Positions 54,721 to 63,430 of a stretch of DNA of 64,000 nt are shown one piece after another. Source of the stretch: a virus; IMG/VR virus record IMGVR_UViG_3300025133_008097, positions 32,001 through 96,000 of that record; one strand, written 5' to 3'. Position numbers and translations under genes: made by a program. How positions within the stretch are numbered: position 1 is the first letter of the stretch; each line of letters starts with the position of its first letter. The notes below the pieces were generated by a model. It worked only from the letters and a program-made list of their open reading frames with translations, was not told where the DNA came from and searched no databases.

Positions 54721-55158
54721 ATGCCACCATTTCAATATAAAGCCGGACTTCATAACGTAGGGTCCTATCAGGTGTCGGGCCGCCCATGGGCAACCGGCAG
54801 CATCAACTGTCGCAAAGATACGATGGAGATCGCCCAACTTGATTTTCCTACTGTTACATCCTTTGTTGTTATTTCTAATATGGACAGCGCCAACAATAAT
54901 GTTCGCGTTGGATTTTCAAGTGGAGGCGTCGCCGGGTTAGGCGCCGCCGGGAACAATAACAATTACTTGGAACTCCCCCCCACGAGTGGGTCGGGACCCC
55001 TGCACTTGGATCTTAAGTTGACTCAACTGTTTTTAAGTGGATCCGATAATGTTTCGGTGATCGCTGGCCTGACGGGTATTGAAAGTGGATCAATTGATAC
55101 CAATCCCAATAATTCTCCAAATGGCCCCAATTGGTCTGGCTCTGCCGGTATTGGCTAA
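54721..55158 (+). CDS. hypothetical virion protein (beta-rich)
   Basis: 145-aa ORF with GGAG RBS, between bS21 and the neck gene. Confidence 0.7.
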   Translation: MPPFQYKAGLHNVGSYQVSGRPWATGSINCRKDTMEIAQLDFPTVTSFVVISNMDSANNNVRVGFSSGGVAGLGAAGNNNNYLELPPTSGSGPLHLDLKLTQLFLSGSDNVSVIAGLTGIESGSIDTNPNNSPNGPNWSGSAGIG

Positions 55159-55273
55159 TGGGAACGTTGGGGCTATGGTAAAAGATGGTATGCGACACGA
55201 ACGTTACTCAATCAGGGAGGCACGTATCTTACAGACTATCTAGTTATCATGAGCAACTAAGCGGGGTAACTGA

Positions 55274-58180
55274 ATGTCTGATCCGGTAAATAAGTGGGAC
55301 CAACCTGAATCTGCGCCCCCTCCCATGTTCTTTGGGAAAAAAGAGCGCGACTTAGTAAAGCAGGTAAACGACGAACTCGCGGAACGCGTTGTAGGCCAAA
55401 CTATAGCCTACTACTCAGTGAGTCTCGAAGACTCTGAATTTCATCCCATTTATGGCGAAGCAATTGATAAGGTTACATTACCGCCCGTTCGTGTTTATGC
55501 GTACGTTACAGTTGAAAACGAACAAAGTAATGAGCGCTATGGTTATGAGTATCAAACGAAGCTCACCGTCAACTTTAATCGCAAGCGCCTAACAGAAGAT
55601 CAAAACCTTTTCGTCCGGGTTGGTGATTTCGTTCAGTACGGCGACGAATTCTATGAGGTTGTTAAAACGTATAATGACACTCGTTATTATTTTGGCCAGA
55701 TAGAGCATAAGTTTCAAATTTCGGCAGAATGTATAAAAGCCCGCGAGGGTGTTTTCCGCATTCGGGGTTCAATGAAGCCCCAACTTGTCACTACTGCGCC
55801 GGGAGTAAAGGCCGCGGTCGAGCCAGCCGCAGCCCCCCCACCCGTCGTTCCTCGCGCTCCTAATAATGCTGAGTATCTGGTGCTTACAGCCGATTCGGGC
55901 CTTACCAAAGAGCGTATTCTCACAGCCGGGGACAACATCACCTTTACTGATGGTGGCGCAGGTGGAGCCCTTACAATTGCGGCAACGGGCGACCTAGCTG
56001 TTTCGTCTTCGGCTCTGGTCTATTCGGCCGTGGGACTTCAAAGTTCGGGATATCTCAAAGTTACCGGATCAACGACCCTAGCTGGCCTTCTTTCTTCTTC
56101 TGCCGCCGCGCGACTTGTTGGCTCTTTGTCCTCTTCCGGAGACATTGCCACTACGGGCGCCATCCATGCGACCACTTATTATGGTGACGGCTCCAACCTA
56201 GCGGGAGTGGGGTCCAATGCATCGGGCTCAGCGCGCCAATATTCCGCAACTGGAATAGAAACCTCTGGGTATCTGAAAGTTACTGGTTCCGTTACTCTTG
56301 CCGGCTCGCTCTCCTCGTCCACAGGGGCGACTTGGGCCTCTTCGGTTTCCTCCTCTGGGGATGTCGCCATTACGGGCGCCCTACACGCGGCTACCCTATA
56401 CGGCGATGGTTCGGGTCTCAGTGGGATCATTACCTCTGTGTCCGGAACTGCTCGTCAGTATTCCGTCACCGGTGTAGAAACCTCAGGTTATCTGAAGGTA
56501 ACTGGTTCTAGCACATTGGCTGGTGCTCTATCTTCCTCAGCCGGCGTCGAGATTGTGGGCGCCACTATGGTGGGCGGCGCTCTCAATGTTTCGGGTACGG
56601 TTACGGCAGCGAGCATTGCTAGCGGCTCCCTGGCGGGAAGTGGGAGCTTCATTGGACTCAACAGCTCCAATCAGCTTGTGCTTACTGGGGCCGGCGAGCC
56701 TGTCTCTGGAACGATACGACACTATTCCGCCACGGGGCTAGAAACCTCAGGATATTTGAGGGTGACGGGTTCAACTACATTTGGGGGGGCTCTTTCTTCT
56801 TCTGCCGGCGCCGCCTTGGTTGGATCTCTCTCTTCATCGGGTGATATGGCGGCTAGTGGAAACATTCATGCGGCCGCCTATTATGGTGATGGTTCTAATT
56901 TGGCTGGCGTCAGCAATGCTTCCGGGTCAGCCAGACACTATTCTTCGACAGGACTCGAAACATCGGGTTATTTGAAGGTTTCGGGCTCCTCCACTTTAGC
57001 CGGCACCCTGTCATCGTCCGCGACCGCTGTATGGGCCGGTTCGGTTTCCTCCTCCGGCGATCTTGCTGTTACTGGCAATGTGCACGCGACAGCTTATTAT
57101 GGTGACGGCTCTAATTTAGCAGGAGTCAGTGATGCGTCGGGCTCCGCTCGACATTATTCCTCTACTGGGTTCGAAACATCGGGCTACCTGAAGGTAACCG
57201 GGTCCAGCACTCTTGGGGGCGCCATCTCATCCTCTGCTGGTGCGGTCCTGGTGGGGTCAATTTCTTCGTCTAACGATCTTGCTGTTACTGGCAATGTGCA
57301 CGCAGCGGTTTATTACGGCGACGGGTCCAACTTGAGCGGCATTGCAGGGACAGCTTCCGGCTCCGCTCGACACTACTCTTCTACCGGGGTAGAGACTTCG
57401 GGATATTTGAAGGTCTCGGGGTCCACAACTTTGGGGGACTCTCTTTCTTCCTCTGCGGGGGCAGTTTTCGTACAATCCCTCTCGTCTTCCGGCGACGTCG
57501 CCATCACTGGCAATATGCATGCTGCGGTCTACTATGGTGATGGTTCTAACTTAAGCGGTATTGCGGGAACCGCGTCCGGATCGGCGCGCCATTATTCTGC
57601 GACCGGTCTTGAAACCTCGGGATACCTCAGGGTGACGGGATCGACCACGTTGGGAGGAGCCATCAGTGCATCCGCTGCAGCCCGTTTGGTCGGGTCCCTC
57701 TCTTCATCAGCCAATGTAGCCGTGACAGGAAATGTTCATGCGACAACCTATTATGGCGATGGCTCTCAGTTGACAGGAATCGGCGCTGCGTCGTTCTCAG
57801 GCTCTGCTCGAATATATTCTGCAACTGGGCTCGAAACGTCAGGGTTCATGAAAGTGTCGGGCAGCGCCGAATATGGCGGGGGCATAATGCATAATCTTAC
57901 GGCAGTTACGGCGCCGACTTATAGCATATTAGCTACCGACTATTATATAACGGCAGACACATCGGCCAACACAATTACGTTAACGCTGCCAAACACCAAT
58001 ACCGATGAGACCGGCCGCACCTTTATAATCAAAGATGTCGGCGGAAATGTTGCAACAAATCCTATTACCATAGACGGCTACCAACTAGAGACAATTGATG
58101 GTCAAGCATCTTTTGAACTCAGTTCACCATATGGAGCGGTGAGCCTTTTTACCGATGGCGCGAGTTGGTTTATTTACTAG
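55274..58180 (+). CDS. neck/head-completion protein (T4 gp14-like N-terminal domain) fused to Ser/Gly-rich fibre repeats
   Basis: N-terminal ~160 aa (ELAERVVGQTIAYY...IYGEA...VGDFVQYGDEFYEV) resemble gp14-type neck proteins; followed by repeats and a C-terminal domain shared with the next three ORFs. Confidence 0.7.
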   Translation: MSDPVNKWDQPESAPPPMFFGKKERDLVKQVNDELAERVVGQTIAYYSVSLEDSEFHPIYGEAIDKVTLPPVRVYAYVTVENEQSNERYGYEYQTKLTVNFNRKRLTEDQNLFVRVGDFVQYGDEFYEVVKTYNDTRYYFGQIEHKFQISAECIKAREGVFRIRGSMKPQLVTTAPGVKAAVEPAAAPPPVVPRAPNNAEYLVLTADSGLTKERILTAGDNITFTDGGAGGALTIAATGDLAVSSSALVYSAVGLQSSGYLKVTGSTTLAGLLSSSAAARLVGSLSSSGDIATTGAIHATTYYGDGSNLAGVGSNASGSARQYSATGIETSGYLKVTGSVTLAGSLSSSTGATWASSVSSSGDVAITGALHAATLYGDGSGLSGIITSVSGTARQYSVTGVETSGYLKVTGSSTLAGALSSSAGVEIVGATMVGGALNVSGTVTAASIASGSLAGSGSFIGLNSSNQLVLTGAGEPVSGTIRHYSATGLETSGYLRVTGSTTFGGALSSSAGAALVGSLSSSGDMAASGNIHAAAYYGDGSNLAGVSNASGSARHYSSTGLETSGYLKVSGSSTLAGTLSSSATAVWAGSVSSSGDLAVTGNVHATAYYGDGSNLAGVSDASGSARHYSSTGFETSGYLKVTGSSTLGGAISSSAGAVLVGSISSSNDLAVTGNVHAAVYYGDGSNLSGIAGTASGSARHYSSTGVETSGYLKVSGSTTLGDSLSSSAGAVFVQSLSSSGDVAITGNMHAAVYYGDGSNLSGIAGTASGSARHYSATGLETSGYLRVTGSTTLGGAISASAAARLVGSLSSSANVAVTGNVHATTYYGDGSQLTGIGAASFSGSARIYSATGLETSGFMKVSGSAEYGGGIMHNLTAVTAPTYSILATDYYITADTSANTITLTLPNTNTDETGRTFIIKDVGGNVATNPITIDGYQLETIDGQASFELSSPYGAVSLFTDGASWFIY
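56003..57880 (+). repeat. 8 full plus 1 partial ~72-aa repeats (SGSARHYS.TG.ETSGYLKV.GS...HA..YYGDGSNL.G)
   Basis: Units counted in the translation; nucleotide sequences strongly diverged at synonymous sites. Confidence 0.9.
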
Positions 58181-58365
58181 ATCCAAAAAGATACATATAA
58201 ATATGTTTTGTTGAGGTCTTTTGGTACGGCCATTACTATATGTTATAGAAAACGGAAGTGGCTACTCGTATATCTGTTATGTTTTGCTTCTTCAGATTGT
58301 GATTACAATCTATTGATTTTATGACTTTTTCACCCGTTTGCCATTAACATAGGAGGATTTTTCCA

Positions 58366-60885
58366 ATGGCTTACAAATTTCAAAAGGGCGCGTTCCACGC
58401 GGACGGCCTTATTTCAGGCTCATCGACGGTAAAAGCCGTTGGGTCTCTTTCATCTTCTGGCGATATTGCCGTTACAGGGGCGGTCCATGCTGCCCAGCTG
58501 TACGGTGGTGGCGCTGGTATCACTGGCATCTCTTCTGATGCTGTGGATGTTACCTCGTCTACTGGTGACCTTGCTTATCCGATCGTCTTCACTGAAGGTG
58601 CTCAGACCGCTGGTACTTTGGGACTTGGTCTAAACACAGCACTGAACTACAATCCAAGCGACGGGGTAGTTTCATCTTCAGCCAAGGCACAATTTGTTGG
58701 TAACTCCATCTTTGGTGGAACACTTGGCGTGTCGGGCGCAATGACTCTCGCCGGCGGCCTCTCCAGCTCTAATAATGCACAATTCGTTGGCTCTGGCATG
58801 TTCAATTCAACTCTTGCTGTGTCGGGCGCAATGACCATTGCGGGCATTTCCGGCTCCGGCCACGCTGAATTCGTTACTGGTGTTCGCACTGCAGGAGGCC
58901 TTGCTGTCTCCGGGTCAACGACACTGGCAGCTGGCGTGTCTAGCTCTGCTGATGCACGATTCGTTGGCAATGTTGAGTCGAGTGGTCAAATTGAAGCATC
59001 CGGTTCGGTCCTCGGCTCGGAATTCAAGACTAACGATGTTACCTATGGTGACTCGGGTATCACCATGGACACTGATGGCGGCAATCTCTTGTTTATTAAC
59101 AATGATGCAGACCAGCAGATTTACCTGAAAGTTGGTTCAGACACGGCTGCCACTAGTGTGACATTTATTAATGCAAGTAGCACCCCCCTCTTCGGAGTTG
59201 ACGGCACGGGGCAGATGCAGGCCGCGGCCATATCTGGCTCCGGCGTGCTGCAAGTGGTTGGTAACTCCATCTTTGGTGGAACACTTGGTGTGACCGGCGC
59301 TGTGGTGGCCAAGTCTACTGTAAGTGCTTCTTCAACCTTACAGGTTGTCGGCACTGTTAATTCGATCGGTGCAATGGCGTCCAGCGGTTCCATTACTGCT
59401 GGTTCTTCGTTCATCATCGGTTCTGCCGATTTGAACGAAGCCGACATGGAGAAGCTTGACGGTATTACGAATGGTGCCGGCGCAGCCAACAAGGCTCTTG
59501 TCCTTGATGCCAATGCGGATGTTGCTTCCGGTCTTCGATCTGTGACAGCTTCTGCTGACCTGAGGGCTGCAAACGTTCACGCTACGCAATTCTATGGTGG
59601 TGGTGCTGGAATTACAGGCATTACTTCTGATGCTGTTGATGTTACTGCGTCTCTTGGCGCAAGTCTGGTTTACGGCATTGTTGGAACCCAGGGAGTTCAG
59701 AGCGATGGAACACTTGGTCTAATCACCACGGTTTCGGGAGCTTCTTTCAATCCGTTGGATGCTACGTGGGGAAGCAAGCTGCGTCTCTCCGGTAATGTAG
59801 GCGGTTACCAGACTAGTGACATTCAGTTTGGTGAAAAAGCTGGAATAGGATTTAAGAATGATGAGGGTCTTCTATTCCAGATTACTTCCTCGGAAGCAGG
59901 GATCGATATTTCCTCTTCCCAGGACGCCGGCATCGCCCTATATGGTGGAGATGGCGAGCAAGCAGGGGTCGGTATTTATGGAAGCTTTTTCTCTGTCTGG
60001 AACTCCGACGACGACGAGGTGTATAAATTCGCTGTCGAGAGCAATGACGGCGCTGTCTCTGGCGCTGCTGGTGCTCAGTTTGTTGGCAACTCTATTTTTG
60101 GGGGGGCCCTGTCGGTAAGTGGTGCGACTACCTTATCTGGCAAGCTTTCGAGTTCTGCTGCGATGGAAATCGTTGGTCAGGTCGACGTAGTTGGTAGCCT
60201 TAATGTGACCGGCTCGTCCGTTCTCAACGGCGGTATCGACGTCAACGGTAGCAACTTTACTGTTAGCACCGCTGGTGCAGTGACTGCTGCGTCTACTATT
60301 CGGATGTCGCAGGGCAATTCGCTCTCCTTCAACGGTGCAACTAACACTGCGAAGATTACCAATCAAGGGCAAAACCTAGATATTAACGCCCCCGGTGCAA
60401 TTGTTCTCAATGCCGGGACGTTTGTGTCCAGTTCGGATGGTGCTCAGTTTGTTGGCAACTCTATTTTTGGGGGGACCCTGTCGGTAAGTGGTGCGACTAC
60501 CTTAGCTGGTAACCTTTCGAGTTCGGCTGGACTACAGTATGTCGGTGCAGCGCTTCTCGGAAGTACACTTGGTGTCTCCGGAGCTGTTAGTATGGATGGA
60601 GGTGCAAACCTCAAGGTGAAGACATACACGGGAGCTGCCAGTATTGGAACGGCAGCTATCGTTCACGTTGTGAGTGGCGGAACTGCCGCGCTTACTATGA
60701 CCCTCCCGGCCATTGGCACGTCCGGCCGTTGGTATGCGGTTAAGCGTCACAACAACATGAGCGGAAACGTGGTTGTTGATGGTAATGGTGGCGAGTTGAT
60801 TGATGGAAATACAAGCATTACTTTGAGTACTGCTGGTGCATCAGTCTACCTCGTAGATGACGGAACGCAATGGACAATTCTCTAA
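58366..60885 (+). CDS. Ser/Gly-rich fibre/decoration protein (MAYK family)
   Basis: AGGAGG RBS; repeated AQFVGNSIFGGTL.VSGA.TLAG.LSSS; shares the C-terminal domain. Confidence 0.7.
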   Translation: MAYKFQKGAFHADGLISGSSTVKAVGSLSSSGDIAVTGAVHAAQLYGGGAGITGISSDAVDVTSSTGDLAYPIVFTEGAQTAGTLGLGLNTALNYNPSDGVVSSSAKAQFVGNSIFGGTLGVSGAMTLAGGLSSSNNAQFVGSGMFNSTLAVSGAMTIAGISGSGHAEFVTGVRTAGGLAVSGSTTLAAGVSSSADARFVGNVESSGQIEASGSVLGSEFKTNDVTYGDSGITMDTDGGNLLFINNDADQQIYLKVGSDTAATSVTFINASSTPLFGVDGTGQMQAAAISGSGVLQVVGNSIFGGTLGVTGAVVAKSTVSASSTLQVVGTVNSIGAMASSGSITAGSSFIIGSADLNEADMEKLDGITNGAGAANKALVLDANADVASGLRSVTASADLRAANVHATQFYGGGAGITGITSDAVDVTASLGASLVYGIVGTQGVQSDGTLGLITTVSGASFNPLDATWGSKLRLSGNVGGYQTSDIQFGEKAGIGFKNDEGLLFQITSSEAGIDISSSQDAGIALYGGDGEQAGVGIYGSFFSVWNSDDDEVYKFAVESNDGAVSGAAGAQFVGNSIFGGALSVSGATTLSGKLSSSAAMEIVGQVDVVGSLNVTGSSVLNGGIDVNGSNFTVSTAGAVTAASTIRMSQGNSLSFNGATNTAKITNQGQNLDINAPGAIVLNAGTFVSSSDGAQFVGNSIFGGTLSVSGATTLAGNLSSSAGLQYVGAALLGSTLGVSGAVSMDGGANLKVKTYTGAASIGTAAIVHVVSGGTAALTMTLPAIGTSGRWYAVKRHNNMSGNVVVDGNGGELIDGNTSITLSTAGASVYLVDDGTQWTIL
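60069..60529 (+). repeat. 92-bp direct repeat (60069-60160 and 60438-60529)
   Basis: 5 mismatches by manual comparison; in-frame offset 369 nt. Confidence 0.9.
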
Positions 60886-60908
60886 GATAAAACTTAGATA
60901 CAAAACTC

Positions 60909-60944
60909 AAGGGCGTCTATTCTTCGGAATAGACGCCCTTTTGT
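60909..60944 (+). terminator. Rho-independent terminator
   Basis: Perfect 14-bp stem AAGGGCGTCTATTC/GAATAGACGCCCTT with a C(UUCG)G tetraloop followed by a T-tract, just after the 58366 ORF stop. Confidence 0.9.
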
Positions 60945-60953
60945 ATTTAGGAA

Positions 60954-60961
60954 GCTATTTA
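60954..60961 (+). promoter_or_regulatory. putative late promoter motif GCTATTTA
   Basis: Directly after the terminator, 25 nt upstream of the ATG at 60987. Confidence 0.55.
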
Positions 60962-60986
60962 TTGATGTACATTTGGAGACAAGATC

Positions 60987-62111
60987 ATGGCATACAAGGT
61001 TCAATTAGGCGCCGCACATCTAGACGGGCTCGTATCAGGCTCGTCTACTATTAGAGCAGTCGGCTCTCTATCATCCTCAGGGGATATAGCGGTAACTGGC
61101 AATCTTCACGCAGCAATGCTGTATGGGGACGGTTCGGGCCTCAGCAATATCTCCGCCGATGGAATTGATGTTACCAGTTCTGCTGGAAACTTAGCTTATA
61201 ACCTTGTTTTTACTGAGGGAGCCCAGACTGATGGTTCATTGGGCCTTGGTCTAAATACCAATCTTAATTACAATCCTGGCACTGGTCTTATTTCTAGCTC
61301 TGCTGGGGCTCAGTTTGTGCAAGAGGCTATCTTTGGTGGTACGCTCCATGCTACAGGGGCGATCTCCGGAGCCGTAGGCCTGCAGGGACAAAGTCTCACT
61401 GTAGGCAATGGTGGACTCCAGGTTTCCGACGATGCAGATCTTTCTAGTTCGGCGGGAATGGAAATTGTTGGAAATACCGTTTTAGTCGGCACTCTCAATG
61501 TGACGGGTGCGCAGACCTTAGGGGGGGCAGTCTCTAGTTCTGCTGGTGCGGTATTTGTTCAATCCTTGTCTTCCTCTGCGAATGTCGCCGTTACAGGAAA
61601 TGTTCATGCGGCGACTTACTATGGTGACGGCTCCAACCTAACCGGTGTCGATTCGGCGTCCGGCTCCGCTCGCCAATACTCTGCCACCGGCATGGAAACG
61701 TCAGGATATCTTAAGGTATCGGGATCTACTACCTTAGCTGGCGCCCTCTCTAGTTCAGCCGGAGCACAGGTGGTGGGCAACGTCCTCCTCGGCGGCCAGT
61801 TGGGAATTAGCGGAGGCATTCAGTTTCAGGTTACCACGGTCACTACTAACACTCACCTCACGGCCTCGACTGCGACTACCTATCAGGTGGTGAGCGGAGG
61901 CACTGCAGCTATTACGATGATGCTGCCGTCTGCTAGCGCGGGCGAACATTATCAGTATGCCATCAAACGCCATGCACTGATGAGCGGGAATGTGGTTATT
62001 ACTGGGTCTGATGTCGCAGACGTAATTGATGGTGAGGCTCGCCTCGAACTAGAGACTGCCGGCGCTTCGGTATTTCTTATTAGTGATGGCACCCAATGGA
62101 ACATCTTCTAG
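60987..62111 (+). CDS. Ser/Gly-rich fibre/decoration protein, paralogue of the 58366 ORF
   Basis: First ~110 aa align closely with the 58366 ORF; carries one neck-fibre repeat unit; shares the C-terminal domain. Confidence 0.7.
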   Translation: MAYKVQLGAAHLDGLVSGSSTIRAVGSLSSSGDIAVTGNLHAAMLYGDGSGLSNISADGIDVTSSAGNLAYNLVFTEGAQTDGSLGLGLNTNLNYNPGTGLISSSAGAQFVQEAIFGGTLHATGAISGAVGLQGQSLTVGNGGLQVSDDADLSSSAGMEIVGNTVLVGTLNVTGAQTLGGAVSSSAGAVFVQSLSSSANVAVTGNVHAATYYGDGSNLTGVDSASGSARQYSATGMETSGYLKVSGSTTLAGALSSSAGAQVVGNVLLGGQLGISGGIQFQVTTVTTNTHLTASTATTYQVVSGGTAAITMMLPSASAGEHYQYAIKRHALMSGNVVITGSDVADVIDGEARLELETAGASVFLISDGTQWNIF

Positions 62112-62114
62112 GAT

Positions 62115-63353
62115 ATGGCTTATAAGTTTACAACGGGCTCCGTTGAGCGGGGCGACATCTATAATCAAAACGATGCCCAGCAAAACACTTATATAGACTG
62201 GAGCGAGGACGCCATCGGTCTGGTAGCCGGGGGAGCGCTGACTCTAGCGGTGTCTGGGGCAGTCGTAAACGTGTCCGGCTCGGGTACCCCCTTGCGCGTC
62301 GATGGCGCCATCAGTTCTAGTCGTGCCCTTTATGGAACAGATTTGGTATTAAAGACCAATGACTCCAGCGGAATTGCTACACTTTATATCGAAGGCACCA
62401 ATGGCACTGAAATCATTGGTATGACCGGCGGCGGCATGAACATTCTCGCCCAGGGCGGCGATATGCACCTCGTAGCCGGCGCCGACGGCGCGATCAACTG
62501 GGGTACCGACAATACGTATTGGAAAATGAGTTTAAGCACCGACGGTGATCTCAGCCTCCCATCCATGTCTGCCGCCAATACCAAGGGACGGATACATGTT
62601 TCCGGAAGCGACAGCGACAATCTATTCTATACCAATTCGGACAGCAATGATGACGTTTTCGTTGTCTGCGGCGACGGCAAAGTCGGCATCGGCACGGCGT
62701 CGCCCCAAGCTCCTCTTCATATTACTGGAAACCTCGAGCCAGCCCTTCTTATTGAAGATGGCAATATTCATTTAAGTGGTACCCATCCGTATCACCATCC
62801 AGAAATTCAGTTTATTGACAATGCCCATATTGGTGTTGCTGGTCTTAAAATAAGATATAACAATAGCAACGGTAGTAGTTACTTTGAAAATATGTTTAAC
62901 AACACAAATGCCGGTATCTTTTTCACCACTCGCGAAGCTGGAACCGCTGATAACGTTTTGTCCCTGGTTGCAGGACAGGTTGGTATAGGTACAACAACAC
63001 CCAACTCCACCTTTCAAGTTAGTGGCTCGCAGGCCGGAAATTATACAGCCATTACTGATGACATAACGTTAAATGAAACCCACTACACAGTAGATCTTAC
63101 TGACACCGATGATGCAACCGTAACTCTTCCAGCTGCTAGCGGAGTTACTGGAAGAACATATCACATTTTGACTACCGGCAATGGCGAGCAGACACTTACG
63201 ATTACCGGCTCTGGCGGTCAGTTTATGGGTTCCAACCAGGATTCGGGCCCAGAGGATTCAATCGAAATCGACGGCGGCGCGCAGAGCGTTACACTTCTGA
63301 GTACCGGTACGTATTGGTTTATTTTAACAGATAACAGGCAGCAGGGACACTAG
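62115..63353 (+). CDS. fibre/decoration protein (MAYK family)
   Basis: VGIGTASP/VGIGTTTP fibre motifs; shared C-terminal TLPAA...GRTY.I domain. Confidence 0.7.
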   Translation: MAYKFTTGSVERGDIYNQNDAQQNTYIDWSEDAIGLVAGGALTLAVSGAVVNVSGSGTPLRVDGAISSSRALYGTDLVLKTNDSSGIATLYIEGTNGTEIIGMTGGGMNILAQGGDMHLVAGADGAINWGTDNTYWKMSLSTDGDLSLPSMSAANTKGRIHVSGSDSDNLFYTNSDSNDDVFVVCGDGKVGIGTASPQAPLHITGNLEPALLIEDGNIHLSGTHPYHHPEIQFIDNAHIGVAGLKIRYNNSNGSSYFENMFNNTNAGIFFTTREAGTADNVLSLVAGQVGIGTTTPNSTFQVSGSQAGNYTAITDDITLNETHYTVDLTDTDDATVTLPAASGVTGRTYHILTTGNGEQTLTITGSGGQFMGSNQDSGPEDSIEIDGGAQSVTLLSTGTYWFILTDNRQQGH

Positions 63354-63388
63354 AAATCACATCTATTAGTCATTTCCTCATCTTACAC

Positions 63389-63396
63389 ACTAATTA
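63389..63396 (+). promoter_or_regulatory. putative late promoter motif ACTAATTA
   Basis: Intergenic, 34 nt upstream of the ATG at 63431. Confidence 0.55.
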
Positions 63397-63430
63397 CATT
63401 TGATTACGTATCAGAATTTGGAGTAATTCT

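Noticed and set aside
55156-55260. 33 open codons after the TAA of ORF 54721 (possible readthrough)
   Set aside because: TAA is a strong stop, the extension has no recognisable features and this length is expected by chance.
56783-61527. G7 homopolymers in fibre genes as phase-variation tracts
   Set aside because: Runs are short, in frame and explained by Gly-Gly codons.
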